This document shows, one piece after another, positions 1 through 10,494 of a DNA stretch of 64,000 bases. The notes below the pieces were generated by a model. That model was not told the DNA's origin, did not search any database, and worked only from the letters and a program-made list of their open reading frames with translations. Both the position numbers and the translations under genes were made by a program. The DNA is from Candidatus Multivoradales bacterium (lineage in GTDB: Bacteria; Acidobacteriota; Thermoanaerobaculia; Multivoradales; Multivoraceae), in NCBI GenBank assembly GCA_965223325.1, contig CBDCWI010000002.1:3200001-3264000 (forward strand), in the 5' to 3' direction. The stretch's first letter is position 1. Every line of letters starts with the position of its first letter.

Positions 1-477
1 CATCAGCGACTCGACGATGTCTTCGCGCGGGTTGCGCGCCATCAAGTGGAGGATGACCTCAGTGTCGCTGGTGGTCTGAAAAATCGACCCGTCACGCTCG
101 AGCTGAGCACGAAGCCGCGAGGCGTTGACCAGGTTGCCGTTATGAACGAGAGCCAGCGGCCCCATCGAGGTGTTGACCACCAGGGGCTGGGCGTTCGAAA
201 CGACGCTCGTGCCGGCGGTCGAATACCGCGTGTGCCCGATCGCGCTCGGCCCCGGAAGGGCAGCCAACACGCGACTCGAGAACAAATCCGAGACGTGCCC
301 CATGCCACGCTCGGCGTGCATGCGAAAGGCGTCGTCACCGTTCGCACCCCGGCCCTCGAACCGGTCGAGCGAAACGATGCCGGCGCTTTCTTGACCTCGA
401 TGTTGGAGCGCGTAGAGACCGAGGTAGGTCAGGTTGGCCGCGTCGGAATTGTTCTCGACGCCGAAGATTCCACACAT
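1..477 (-). CDS. purF: Amidophosphoribosyltransferase (runs off the window start)
   Basis: Manual translation from ATG at 477: MCGIFG..., LQHRGQESAGI, IGHTRYSTAG, NAQP, HNGNL, SDTEV class II glutamine amidotransferase motifs. Absent from the ORF track; downstream of purL. Confidence 0.96.
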   Translation of the reverse strand, partial: MCGIFGVENNSDAANLTYLGLYALQHRGQESAGIVSLDRFEGRGANGDDAFRMHAERGMGHVSDLFSSRVLAALPGPSAIGHTRYSTAGTSVVSNAQPLVVNTSMGPLALVHNGNLVNASRLRAQLERDGSIFQTTSDTEVILHLMARNPREDIVESLM

Positions 478-626
478 GCCGTCAGTGGGCCTCGAGCCCG
501 ACGATGTGGGCGTTGGTTGCCATCACACTTCTCCTGGAGTCAGGGCGCGACGCGGAGAGGGAAAGGTCGATCAGCGAAAGCTTACAAGAGGATCTGCACC
601 GTCTCGGCAGTCGCTGCCTGGAAACC

Positions 627-2882
627 TCAAGCATCGGCGAGCGCCCTGGGAAGGGCGGTGCGCCACGCCTCGTGGAGGGCCTCTACCGGCGCAGCCAGCC
701 GGTCGCCGTCGAGCGCCACCGTCAGCTGCTCGCCACCCACTTCGCCAAGGTCCAGGGCCGATACGCCTCTTCGCTCGGCCACTTCGAGAAGCGCTTCGAG
801 CTCTGCAGTGGGAACGCTCACCAAGGCACGGCCCTGGTTCTCAGCGAACAGGCCGGCCGCCGAAACACCGGGGAGGTCGATCCGCGCACCCAGACCCCGC
901 TCCAGGGTCGCTTCGGCAAGGGCAACTCCCAAGCCACCATCAGACAGGTCATGGCAACTCGAGAACAGTCCCTGCGCATGACCGAACCGCAAAAGGCCGC
1001 CGAGGTCAGCCTCGGCCTCGAGGTGGACCGCAGGAGGCTTGCCTTGTTCGACGTCGAAGAGCAGGCGCAGCCAGGCCGACCCGCCGAAGTCGGAGAAACC
1101 TTCTCCCAGGAGCACCACCCGGTCGCCCGGGTTCTGAAAGGAGATCGTGCGCCCACCCACGCCGCCCCCGAGCTCCTCGATCCAGCCCACCATGGCGACG
1201 GTCGGAGTCGGGTGAATCGACTCGGACTCGGTGGTGTTGTAGAGCGACACGTTGCCCGAAACCACCGGCACGGCGAGCGCCTCGCACGCCTCGGCCATGC
1301 CGGTGATGCATTCGCGTAGCTGCCAGGCAATCTCGGGGATCTCGGGGTTGCCGAAGTTGAGACAGTCGGTCAGCGCGAGGGGCAACGCTCCAACCGCCGA
1401 CAGGTTGCGCGCCGCTTCCGCAACTGCTTGCCGACCACCGGAACGCGGGTCGAGATAGCAGTAGACCGGGTTGACATCGGAGGTCAAGGCCACCGCGCCC
1501 GGCGTACCCTTGACCCGCAGAACGGCGGCGTCACCACCGGGTCCGACGACGGTGTTGCTACGCACGGTCGAATCGTACTGGCCGTAGATCCACGACTTAT
1601 CACCGAGTTCAGGGGTCGACAAGAGGCGCTCTAGTGCTTCGCCGGGTGAGATACCGAGGGCCTCGGGTCCAGGAACATCGGGTGCCGCCTGCCGCCTGGG
1701 GAGATCGCCCGGTACGGCGACCGGGCGTTCATAGCGTGGGGCCTCGTCGACCAGCGGCTCGACCGGCATGTCGGCAACCACCTCGCCATCGAAGCTGAGA
1801 ACCGCGCGCCCGGAGGCCGTGACCTGGCCAATCGGAACGACCTCGAGATCCCAGCGCCGAAAGACCGCCTCGACGACCTCCTCCTTACCCTGTTCGGCGA
1901 CGAAGACCATGCGTTCTTGTGACTCGGAAAGCATCACCTCATAGGGCGTCAGGGCCGCCTCGCGCAGGGGCACCTTCTCGAGATCGATCGCCACGCCGTT
2001 GCCGGCCCGACTCGCCATCTCAAAGCAGGAACTCGTCATCCCCGCCGCTCCCATGTCCTGTACCGCGACGACGGCGCCGCTCTTCATGGCCTCGAGGCAG
2101 GCCTCGAGAAGCACCTTCTCGGTGAAGGGGTCGCCCACCTGGACCGTCGGTCGCTTGGCCTCGCTCTCTTCATCGAAAGACTCCGAGGCCATCGTCGCCC
2201 CGTGGATTCCGTCGCGGCCGGTACGGCTGCCGACGTAGAGAATGGGGTTGCCGACCCCGGTCGCGCTAGCGGTGAAGATCTCTTCCTTGCGGCAGATCCC
2301 CAGCGCAAAAGCGTTGACCAGGATGTTGCCGTTGTAGGCGCGATGAAAGCCCGTCTCGCCACCAACGGTTGGAATGCCGACGCAGTTACCGTAGTCGCCA
2401 ATGCCACGCACCACGCCGTCGACCAGGTAGCGCATGCGCGGCGCGTCGATTTCGCCGAAACGCAGCGAATCCATGCAGGCGACCGGGCGCGCCCCCATCG
2501 TAAAGACGTCGCGCAGAATGCCGCCGACACCGGTGGCCGCGCCCTGGTACGGCTCGATAAAGCTTGGATGGTTGTGGCTCTCCATTTTGAAAGCCGCCAC
2601 CAACCCGTGACCCAGGTCAACGACTCCTGCGTTCTCACCCGGCCCGTGCACCACGTGCGGCCCGGAGGTGGGAAACTTGCCAAGCCAGATCCGCGATGAC
2701 TTGTACGAACAGTGCTCGGAGAACATCGCCGAAGCGATGCCGAGCTCCGTGTAGGTCGGCTCGCGACCGAGGATCTCGAGCAGGTAGTCGTACTCGGAGT
2801 CCGGTAGCCCGTGCTCAGCCGCCAACTCAGCCGTCACCTTGGGTTCGTGGGCCATCCGATCCTGTGCTGTCTGTGCCGCCAT
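627..2882 (-). CDS. purL: Phosphoribosylformylglycinamidine synthase subunit PurL
   Basis: [37 protein letters not shown] motifs. Start placed at the ATG 1 nt after the purQ stop (2855 is an alternative). Confidence 0.97.
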   Translation of the reverse strand: MAAQTAQDRMAHEPKVTAELAAEHGLPDSEYDYLLEILGREPTYTELGIASAMFSEHCSYKSSRIWLGKFPTSGPHVVHGPGENAGVVDLGHGLVAAFKMESHNHPSFIEPYQGAATGVGGILRDVFTMGARPVACMDSLRFGEIDAPRMRYLVDGVVRGIGDYGNCVGIPTVGGETGFHRAYNGNILVNAFALGICRKEEIFTASATGVGNPILYVGSRTGRDGIHGATMASESFDEESEAKRPTVQVGDPFTEKVLLEACLEAMKSGAVVAVQDMGAAGMTSSCFEMASRAGNGVAIDLEKVPLREAALTPYEVMLSESQERMVFVAEQGKEEVVEAVFRRWDLEVVPIGQVTASGRAVLSFDGEVVADMPVEPLVDEAPRYERPVAVPGDLPRRQAAPDVPGPEALGISPGEALERLLSTPELGDKSWIYGQYDSTVRSNTVVGPGGDAAVLRVKGTPGAVALTSDVNPVYCYLDPRSGGRQAVAEAARNLSAVGALPLALTDCLNFGNPEIPEIAWQLRECITGMAEACEALAVPVVSGNVSLYNTTESESIHPTPTVAMVGWIEELGGGVGGRTISFQNPGDRVVLLGEGFSDFGGSAWLRLLFDVEQGKPPAVHLEAEADLGGLLRFGHAQGLFSSCHDLSDGGLGVALAEATLERGLGARIDLPGVSAAGLFAENQGRALVSVPTAELEALLEVAERRGVSALDLGEVGGEQLTVALDGDRLAAPVEALHEAWRTALPRALADA

Positions 2883-2883
2883 C

Positions 2884-3591
2884 TCAGGCTGCCCCCGCGG
2901 CTTCGGCGGCACCTTCCAGGACACCCTGAAAGAGTTCGAGGCCGTCGAGGTTACCGAGGACCTCTTCGGCGCAGCGCTCCGGATGGGGCATCAAGGCCAT
3001 CACGTTGCCTGCCTTGCTGCACACCCCTGCTATGGAGCGGGCGGAACCGTTGACGTTCGCAAGAGGCGTGGTCTCTCCCAGGGCATCGCAGTAGCGAAAC
3101 ACCACCTGCCGCTCCGCTTCGAGCGTGTCGAGTGCTACCTCACTGTCGACGTAGTTGCCTTCAGCATGCGCGATCGGCATGCGGACGACCTGGCCCACTT
3201 CGTAGCGCCGTGTAAATGCTGTGTCGGCACGATCCACACGCAAGAAGACGTCGCGCGAGAGAAAGCGCAGGTCTTTGTTGCGCCGCATGGCACCTGGCAG
3301 GAGGCCTGCCTCGAGAAGAATCTGAAAGCCGTTACAGATCCCGAGGACCGGCCCGCCTTTGTCTGCGTGCTCGCGAACCGCAGCCATGATCGGCGAAAGA
3401 GCCGCCATCGAGCCGGCGCGCAGATAGTCGCCGTAGGAGAAACCCCCTGGAACGACCACAAAGTCGCAACCCGCGAGGTGATCGTCTTGATGCCAGAGGA
3501 ACAGCGTTTCCTGCCCCAGGACGTGAGCCAACACATGGTAGGCATCGTGATCGCAGTTGCTGCCTGGGAACACGACGACGCCGCACTTCAC
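2884..3591 (-). CDS. purQ: FGAM synthase glutaminase subunit PurQ
   Basis: [32 protein letters not shown] motifs. Confidence 0.98.
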   Translation of the reverse strand: MKCGVVVFPGSNCDHDAYHVLAHVLGQETLFLWHQDDHLAGCDFVVVPGGFSYGDYLRAGSMAALSPIMAAVREHADKGGPVLGICNGFQILLEAGLLPGAMRRNKDLRFLSRDVFLRVDRADTAFTRRYEVGQVVRMPIAHAEGNYVDSEVALDTLEAERQVVFRYCDALGETTPLANVNGSARSIAGVCSKAGNVMALMPHPERCAEEVLGNLDGLELFQGVLEGAAEAAGAA

Positions 3592-3863
3592 GAAGCGCTC
3601 CTCTGCTCTGGGCGCGGCTTGATTTCATAGTGAAAGTCTTCGACCACCAGGTTGGCGAGAAGCGCTTCACACATCTTCTCGACGCTGGCGCGCGCGGCGG
3701 CTTCGTCTCCCGCCTCGAGCTCGACGCGAAAGCTCTTGCCGGCGCGTACGTCTGAAACGCCCGCCAGGCCCAGGCGGTCGAGCGCCGACGCGATCGCCTT
3801 GCCCTGCGGGTCGAGAATCTCCGGACGGGGGAACACCTCAATCCTCGCCGACCACTCACTCAT
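3588..3863 (-). CDS. purS: FGAM synthase subunit PurS
   Basis: ILDPQGKAI and MCEALLAN motifs; overlaps purQ. Confidence 0.96.
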   Translation of the reverse strand: MSEWSARIEVFPRPEILDPQGKAIASALDRLGLAGVSDVRAGKSFRVELEAGDEAAARASVEKMCEALLANLVVEDFHYEIKPRPEQRSAS

Positions 3864-4810
3864 GCATAGCCTTCCTGTTCATTCGATGTTGCAACCGGGA
3901 GCGGCCCGTTGGCACCGATCCAGCCCGTTGGTTCTGCCTGCGCACAAACAACCAGCTGAGCATCCGAACCCTCGTCTTCGAGGACTTCGGCCACCGCCGC
4001 CACCGCCAGCCCGGGTGTGTTGTTGGTTTCGGAAAGATGGTAGAGCACCACGGTGTCCAGTGTGTCGCTTAGAACCTCTCGAAGTCCCTCTGCTGCATCT
4101 TCGTTCGAGAGGTGCCCATGATGGCTCTGAATGCGATTCTTCAGAAACCAGGGATAGGGCCCGGTCTCGAGCAGCTCGGGGTCGTAGTTGGTCTCGATCA
4201 CCAGCGCATCGAGATCTCTGAGGCGCTGCCAGGTCTGGCGACTGCGGACGCCAAGATCGGCCACCAGACCGATGCGCGTGCCACAGGCAGACTCGACGAC
4301 GAATCCCACCGGCTCGCGCGCGTCGTGAGCAACGGAGAAGGGCTCGACGTAGAAACCCGGCACCTCGAAACCACTGCCGGCCTTGAAAGAGTGGGCTCGA
4401 GCCGCGACTCGACGCGGCACGCGACCGCCGAGAGTGCCTGCCGTTCCATGGACGGGGATGCCATGACGCTTCACCAGGCGCTCCACTCCACGGCAGTGAT
4501 CAGCGTGCTCGTGAGTCAGCACGATCGCACCGATCGACGAGGCGTCGACCCCGAGACCCTCGAGTCGCCGCTCGGTCTCGCGACACGAGAAGCCGGCATC
4601 GAGCAGTAGCCGATGCTCACCCGATTCGATCAGCACCGAGTTGCCGCGACTTCCTGAGCCGAGGACCGCCATGCGCAAGGTGGACGGGTCGAGTGGCTCG
4701 ACACCGGTGAATGGTCTTCTGGTTTCGTAATCCGGGTCGACCTCGAAGAGAGACAGCTGTCGCGCCGACCGGTCGGCCCGCCGCGGACCGCCACGCCGGC
4801 GCCAACTCAA
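3860..4810 (-). CDS. MBL-fold metallo-hydrolase (YycJ/WalJ-like)
   Basis: LGSGSRGN, THEHADH, HDA, ETNYD, GHLSN, HLSETNN motifs. Start uncertain (TTG 4810 or ATG 4673); ATGA overlap with purS. Confidence 0.88.
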   Translation of the reverse strand: MSWRRRGGPRRADRSARQLSLFEVDPDYETRRPFTGVEPLDPSTLRMAVLGSGSRGNSVLIESGEHRLLLDAGFSCRETERRLEGLGVDASSIGAIVLTHEHADHCRGVERLVKRHGIPVHGTAGTLGGRVPRRVAARAHSFKAGSGFEVPGFYVEPFSVAHDAREPVGFVVESACGTRIGLVADLGVRSRQTWQRLRDLDALVIETNYDPELLETGPYPWFLKNRIQSHHGHLSNEDAAEGLREVLSDTLDTVVLYHLSETNNTPGLAVAAVAEVLEDEGSDAQLVVCAQAEPTGWIGANGPLPVATSNEQEGYA

Positions 4811-4999
4811 CGGCGGCCCCCCACAGCAAGCACCGCAGACCCCACCGGGGTAACCGAAGGACTGCAAACGGAGTTCTGAGGGAGGAGCATCGAGAGGGGC
4901 CACCTCGGCGACGGGCAGGAAGTTGCCCCGGAGAATACCCAAGCCGGCCCGCGACCCCAACCCCTGGCCGCAGGAAATCCCCACCGACGACCCCGGGGC

Positions 5000-5788
5000 T
5001 CAGAAGCTGTAGACCCGGCCCTGCTCCAGGAAACCGATTTCGTAGCCCGAGAGCTCTGCCACCTCGGCGCGAATCGCGTCCTCGCAGGCGGGCTTCATGT
5101 GGTGGATGAAGATCGGCACATCCACCCGCAGTTTCTCGAGCTCGGCGCCGAGACTGCGGGGCGTCAGGTGCCGTGACTCCGCCGCAACTGCCTGCAGTTC
5201 GTTGTCGAAGGAGACGTCGACACAAATGGCCGCGAGGCCGGGGGTCGAGTTCGCCACCTCCCAGAAGAGATCGGTTGGACCCGTGTCGCTCGACCACAGA
5301 ACCGCCGAGCCATGACGGGCAGAGGCCACAGGATCTGGCAACTCCTCGATCAAGAAGCCGTGCGTGGGGACGACGTGGTTGACGGCAATCGGGGTGTAGC
5401 GCACCCGATCGAACTCGAGAGTGCGCCCGTCTTCGAGCTCGGCAAAGCTTGCCGTTGGCAGGAGGTGGTTGGGAAGGCGCGTGAAGTCTGGCCAGGAAGC
5501 CGGATTGAAGAGGTTGCGGCGCAGGGCATAGATGGTCGCCGGCGACGCCCAGATCTCGAGCCCATCTGCCGCGCGCTGGAACCGATTGTCGAGGAAGAAC
5601 GGCAACGAGGCCACGTGGTCGACATGAGAGTGCGACAACAGGAGCCGCTGCACCGGCATCTGCCTTTGGAGCGAAAGCACCTGCGAGATGCACCCCGCAT
5701 CGATCGCGGTCGTCTGGTTGATCAACAGAGACGTCAGCCGGCGCTCGGGACTCTCCCCACCAGAACACCCAAGGACCTCGAACTCCAT
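5000..5788 (-). CDS. 3',5'-cyclic-nucleotide phosphodiesterase-like MBL-fold hydrolase (class II PDE)
   Basis: VLGCSGG, SHSHVDH, FNxxxWPDF, VNHVVP, DTGPT, HLTP, HMKP motifs. Confidence 0.85.
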   Translation of the reverse strand: MEFEVLGCSGGESPERRLTSLLINQTTAIDAGCISQVLSLQRQMPVQRLLLSHSHVDHVASLPFFLDNRFQRAADGLEIWASPATIYALRRNLFNPASWPDFTRLPNHLLPTASFAELEDGRTLEFDRVRYTPIAVNHVVPTHGFLIEELPDPVASARHGSAVLWSSDTGPTDLFWEVANSTPGLAAICVDVSFDNELQAVAAESRHLTPRSLGAELEKLRVDVPIFIHHMKPACEDAIRAEVAELSGYEIGFLEQGRVYSF

Positions 5789-5794
5789 GCCGGA

Positions 5795-5800
5795 AGCCTA
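5795..5800 (-). promoter_or_regulatory. -10 hexamer TAGGCT, putative leaderless promoter of the phosphodiesterase
   Basis: TANNNT 6 nt upstream of ATG 5788, with no SD between. Confidence 0.5.
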
Positions 5801-6666
5801 GCCGAAGCTCCTCTCCGAAAACCAGATAGCGAAGCCGTGGTAACCACAGGGCAGTCCCGAGAACGCTCCCCGACGACCCGCTGATCCGCTGCGCCCTTGG
5901 CAACCCGAACCGCGATACAACCACGGCGCAACCGCGTGGCTTTCCTGAACTCTGCGGAGGCGCGCGACCAATCAACGCAGGCCGGAGACCCACCTGCAGG
6001 CCGAACGCCAGTGCTCACGACACGCCCTACGGACCGCTTGCGCCGGAGCTCCTCTCCGAAAACCAGATAGCGAAGCCGTGGTAACCACAGGGCAGTCCCG
6101 AGAACGTTCCCCGACGACCCACGCTGATCCGCTGCGCCCTTGGCAACCCGAACCGCGACACAACCACGGCGCAACCGCGTGGCTTTCCTGAACTCTGCGG
6201 AGGCGCGCGACCAATCAACGCAGGCCGGAGACCCACCTGCAGGCCGAACGCCAGTGCTCACGACACGCCCTACGGACCGCTTGCGCCGAAGCTCCTCTGA
6301 GAAAACCAGATAGCGAAGCCGTGGTAACCACAGGGCAGTCCCGAGAACGTTCCCCGACGACCCACCCTGATCCGCTACGCCCTTGGCAACCCGAACCGCG
6401 ATACAACCACGGCGCAACCGCGTGGCTTTCCTGAACTCTGCGGAGGAGCGCGACCAATCAACGCAGGCCGGAGACCCACCTGCAGGGCGAACGCCAGTGC
6501 TCACGACACGCCCTACGGACCGCTTGCGCCGAAGCTCCTCTCCGAAAACCAGATAGCGAAGCCGTGGTAACCACAGGGCAGTCCCGAGAAACGTTCCCCG
6601 ACGACCCACCCTGATCCGCTGCGCCCTTGGCAACCCGAACCGCGATACAACCACGGCTTCGCTATC
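5801..6666. repeat. Tandem array, about 3.5 copies of a 241-243 bp unit, containing a REPIN/MITE-like inverted repeat
   Basis: Near-identical units start at 5801, 6042, 6285 and 6528. Perfect 17-bp inverted repeat GATAGCGAAGCCGTGGT (6552-6568) / ACCACGGCTTCGCTATC (6650-6666). Confidence 0.97.
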
Positions 6667-9631
6667 AGAAGCGGCGACCGATCCAGAACTGGGTCAGGGT
6701 CTCGCCGGACTGATCGAAGTCCCACCGCGTCGCGAAGTCCCAGTTGAGATCCATACCCAGGAAGTTGACCGTAAAGCCGAAGCCGTAGGCAGCCAGGGCA
6801 TCCTCGAGGCGCGACTGGTCGCTGTTGTAGAAGCGGAACCCCTGCACGTCGTTGAACCAGGCGCCTGCAACATCGAGGAAGATCCGCCCCTGAATGCCCT
6901 GGAACGAGAACACCGGGGTGACGAAGAAGTCGATCAGCGGGAAACGGAACTCCATGTTGGTGTAGAACGCCGAGTCGCCGACCAGTTCGTAGAGGTCAAA
7001 GCCACGGACCGTGTCGAGGCCACCAAAAATCGCGAAGTCCGGGAAGTTGCCATCCGACTGGAACGCGAACAGGCGGGTTGCGAACGAACTACGCCGCGTC
7101 AGCGGGAAGTACTTGCGCGCGTCGATCCGAATCGTCGTCGACAGGGTGTTTCCGTCTTCAGTGCCAGGAATCGGGTTGTCGACGGACCCACCGGTGTCGG
7201 GTGCGTAGCTGGCGTCGATGCGGAGGCGATGACCGGCACTCGGACCCGACGGCCCGAAGATCGTCGTGTCACTGACAAACGCCGCCGACAGTTGCGGGTA
7301 GTCATCTTCGCGCGGTGTAATGATCGGGATCGGGTTGCCGTTGTCATCGAAGATCGGCTGATTGTCCTCGCCGAAGGCGAAGCTCTGATAGTCAATATCG
7401 CGCGAGATGTAGCCGAGGCCAAACTCGACCCGCCTGCTGAAGCCAAACGGGTAGGACAGGATGAAACGCCCGCCGGTCTGCTTGTAGGCGCGCTGACCGC
7501 GCTCGAAGAAACCGGTCCGCTGGTCGACACCGATGAAGAAGCGTCGATCGTCGAAGAGATGCGCCGTCCAGTTCCAACGCCTGGACTGATCGGTGTAGTA
7601 GACGTTGAAGTCCTGGAAACTGTCGACCGACGAAACCAGCGCCAGCAAACGACGGTCGCCCAGGAAGTCGGAGAACGAGAGCACGACCTGACCGAGAATC
7701 GTCTGGTCGTCGTCGACACCGACGAAGGTGTCGGCGTTCTCGAGGAAGAGCTTGAAGCCACGCTTGTCTTCCTTGGCTGCCTCGTCGATCGCCACCTGAA
7801 TATCGGGCTCGAAGCGCTCGATATCCGTGGTCTGGATCTCGGTGACTTGCTGCTCGCCGACCTCGGCGATGGGCTCGTCGGTGTCGGTCATGTAGAGGTC
7901 GAAGCGACCCTTCCAGAAGCCGGTGTAGACCAGGCGTTCGTTACCACTCGGCTCGACCAGAATCGTTGGCATGAAGCAACCGGTCAGGGCGTTGGTGTAC
8001 TGGCTGATCGTGCCTGTTTCGAGCTGGATACCGTAGATGTTCTCGGCGCCGGTTCGATCGGAGGTGTAGTAGATCGTGTCGCCATCGGCGGAGTACACCG
8101 GATCGACGTTGTGGAAGTCGTCGTCGGTAATACGGTGGCGGCGGGAGGGGTCGTCGATATCGATCCGGAAAAGATCTCCGTCTTCACCAACCACCGACGT
8201 GAAGACAATCGACTTGCCGTCGGGTGAGAAGGTGGGACCCGCATCGAAGATGTCGTCGTTGGTCAGGTTGACGATGTCCAGGGTGTCGAGGTCGAGCAAG
8301 AAGATGTCGAACTCGCCGGCATCGGCGCCACCGAAAGCGATCTTGTTCTCGGTCGGGTGCCAGGCTGGTGCGGTCTGCTGCTCGACCGGCATGTCGATGA
8401 TGCGATCGACACCACCTTTGAGCACGTCGACCAACGCCAGGCTATAGCCGGCTTCGCGACGTACGAAGACCGCCAACTGGTTACCGTCTGCCGAGAAGGC
8501 GATGTCACTGCCCGCCTCGCGACCCAGAGTCAGGTGCTGGCCGACGAAGTGGCGAAACTTGGTCTCGTAACCACGCGTGAGGTTGCGCAGCAAGCGGCGA
8601 TTCTCGGCATCGAAGAGCACGATGTCGAGGTCCTGCTTGACGGTGCTGAAAGCCGCAACGAGATCACCCGAGGGCGACGCTGACGGCGACGACTCCTGGC
8701 TGCCGGCGGTTTCGGTCCTGAAGGGACGACCGAAGTCGCTCGGCTCACCCGACGCAACCAGCTCGGGAAGATACTTCTGCCGCAGCCAGCGCCGGAACTC
8801 GACGTCGAAGTCTTCCGGATCGATCCCGAAAGCGCGCTCGGCAGCCCTGCCGACACGCCCGCCGAGGGTGTTGCGGAACTCGAACAGAAAATCGAGAACA
8901 CCATCCTTACCCCAACGCTCCTCCATGAAGTCGAAAGCAGCGTGGCCAAAACGATAGGCAAAGAAGCCGGTCACGTTGGCTTGTGTGATCGGCGGAATGC
9001 GGTCGTTGACCACCGCATCGCGCAGGTACATGCGGTCGGACGCGCTCTCGTCCTGTGCAAAGTAACTCGCCATACCTTCCATCATCCACAGCGGAGGTGC
9101 GCCGGTCAGGGCCCGTCCCATGCTGCCTCCGAAAAGGATGTGGTACTGGAAGATGTGAGTGAGCTCGTGGAGGATCAGCTCGTACTGTTCGGGGTCAGAC
9201 AGGTCGACCGGCATGACCATGCGAAACCGCACCGGCGTTGCGAACGCGGCAACACCTTCGGGGATGAAACCGGCGATGATGTTGTTCTGCAGGAAGTCCG
9301 AGTGGGTGTCGTAGATGATGAACGGAGTCTTTTCCTGAATCTGGAAATCGAGCTCGCGTGATAGTTGGTCGTAGGCAGACTCGGCCATCGAGACGATGCG
9401 CTCGAGCTGCCCCTCGGCGGCAGGGTAGTAGTACATCGTGAAGTGAGGAGACTCGTAGGTCTGCCAGTCGAACTTCTCGTAGCGCACCTTGTTCTTGCCG
9501 AAGTTGGTGTAGTACTGCGCATCGACGCTGGCGGCGAGGCCAAGGACGAGCGCCAGGGCAAGCGCGAACACATGGCGCAGGCGGTGGCTTCTCAGGTTGG
9601 ACTCGCGGGCAGAATTGAGGGATGGGGTCAC
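6665..9631 (-). CDS. Secreted protein with peptidase MA-like domain, TolB/PD40 beta-propeller and Omp85/BamA-type barrel
   Basis: Signal peptide, FGKNKV, HELTH (HExxH) plus WMMEGMA, repeated P-x-F/W-S-P-DG motifs, GGLDTVRGF loop and C-terminal Phe. GTG 9631 has an AAGGAG SD. Confidence 0.9.
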   Translation of the reverse strand: MTPSLNSARESNLRSHRLRHVFALALALVLGLAASVDAQYYTNFGKNKVRYEKFDWQTYESPHFTMYYYPAAEGQLERIVSMAESAYDQLSRELDFQIQEKTPFIIYDTHSDFLQNNIIAGFIPEGVAAFATPVRFRMVMPVDLSDPEQYELILHELTHIFQYHILFGGSMGRALTGAPPLWMMEGMASYFAQDESASDRMYLRDAVVNDRIPPITQANVTGFFAYRFGHAAFDFMEERWGKDGVLDFLFEFRNTLGGRVGRAAERAFGIDPEDFDVEFRRWLRQKYLPELVASGEPSDFGRPFRTETAGSQESSPSASPSGDLVAAFSTVKQDLDIVLFDAENRRLLRNLTRGYETKFRHFVGQHLTLGREAGSDIAFSADGNQLAVFVRREAGYSLALVDVLKGGVDRIIDMPVEQQTAPAWHPTENKIAFGGADAGEFDIFLLDLDTLDIVNLTNDDIFDAGPTFSPDGKSIVFTSVVGEDGDLFRIDIDDPSRRHRITDDDFHNVDPVYSADGDTIYYTSDRTGAENIYGIQLETGTISQYTNALTGCFMPTILVEPSGNERLVYTGFWKGRFDLYMTDTDEPIAEVGEQQVTEIQTTDIERFEPDIQVAIDEAAKEDKRGFKLFLENADTFVGVDDDQTILGQVVLSFSDFLGDRRLLALVSSVDSFQDFNVYYTDQSRRWNWTAHLFDDRRFFIGVDQRTGFFERGQRAYKQTGGRFILSYPFGFSRRVEFGLGYISRDIDYQSFAFGEDNQPIFDDNGNPIPIITPREDDYPQLSAAFVSDTTIFGPSGPSAGHRLRIDASYAPDTGGSVDNPIPGTEDGNTLSTTIRIDARKYFPLTRRSSFATRLFAFQSDGNFPDFAIFGGLDTVRGFDLYELVGDSAFYTNMEFRFPLIDFFVTPVFSFQGIQGRIFLDVAGAWFNDVQGFRFYNSDQSRLEDALAAYGFGFTVNFLGMDLNWDFATRWDFDQSGETLTQFWIGRRF

Positions 9632-9774
9632 GGGGTCTCCTTCGCTACGGGAAGCCCGACGGCAAGCACCGGGCCTTCGCACTCATCGGCCGAAAATGAA
9701 ACTCGTTTGGGGACGTGAGCAGCGCATTGATCGTCTCATAGTCACAGCGATTACCGAGCAACCGAACGCGGGGC

Positions 9775-10494
9775 TCAGTTGAATAGGGTGCGCGTGACCT
9801 GGATTTCCTTCTGCACGAAGATACCGAGCATGCGGTCTTCGAGCGCGTAGAGGTTCTCGAACATGCCGCGCAGCGGATCGGTACGGTCACCTTCGAAGCT
9901 CTTGAAGTCCTTGAAGTTGTCGTCGTAGAGCAGCTCGCCGGTGCGACCGTCGTAGACCTGGACCACGATGTCGTACTCGAAACCGGTCTGTTCGACCAGT
10001 ACCTGGCGGTAGTAGGTGCGACCGTCCCAGGGGTTCGTGTACTCCTCGGTTCGATAGCCGCTGCGATCCTGGATGTCGAAGTCCAGACTTCCGGTGAGGA
10101 TCAAGTCGGCGCCGGTGCGCTCGCCGATCAACAACCAGAAGTCTTCGTCACGAGACAGCATCTCGAGATCGTAGGTTGGGTAGTCGATCGGCCCCGACTC
10201 GAGGATCTTGAGCTCGGTATCGCGGCGCAGGATCTTCTGCAGGTAACGATCGAACTCAGCCTGCACATCGAGATCGGAACCTTCCAGTCGCCCTTCGCCT
10301 TCCTGGCTGATGACGATGAAAGGTGCGACCAGGACGCTTTCGCGGTCGGTCAGGTCGAGCCGTGCTCGAACGGGCAGAGTAATGCGCACCTCGACCTCTG
10401 CCACCGCCTCGGCGGCCAGACCGAGACCGCCGATGAAGGCGAACAGCCCGATGGCCAGAAGGGCTCGAAGGCGCTTGTCGAGGGGTCTACTCAT
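9775..10494 (-). CDS. Conserved secreted/periplasmic hypothetical protein (TolB-N/CsgG-like alpha/beta pattern)
   Basis: Signal peptide, IGERTGADLILTGSL and YDGRTGE patterns, strong codon bias, GGAG SD before ATG 10494. Confidence 0.75.
   Translation of the reverse strand: MSRPLDKRLRALLAIGLFAFIGGLGLAAEAVAEVEVRITLPVRARLDLTDRESVLVAPFIVISQEGEGRLEGSDLDVQAEFDRYLQKILRRDTELKILESGPIDYPTYDLEMLSRDEDFWLLIGERTGADLILTGSLDFDIQDRSGYRTEEYTNPWDGRTYYRQVLVEQTGFEYDIVVQVYDGRTGELLYDDNFKDFKSFEGDRTDPLRGMFENLYALEDRMLGIFVQKEIQVTRTLFN

Noticed and set aside
5734-6654. 306-aa repeat protein and other ORFs across the array
   Set aside because: They stay open because 243 is a multiple of 3 in GC-rich DNA; indels between units break the frame and the composition is not protein-like.
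5801-6666. CRISPR array
   Set aside because: Whole units repeat, with no unique spacers and no cas genes.
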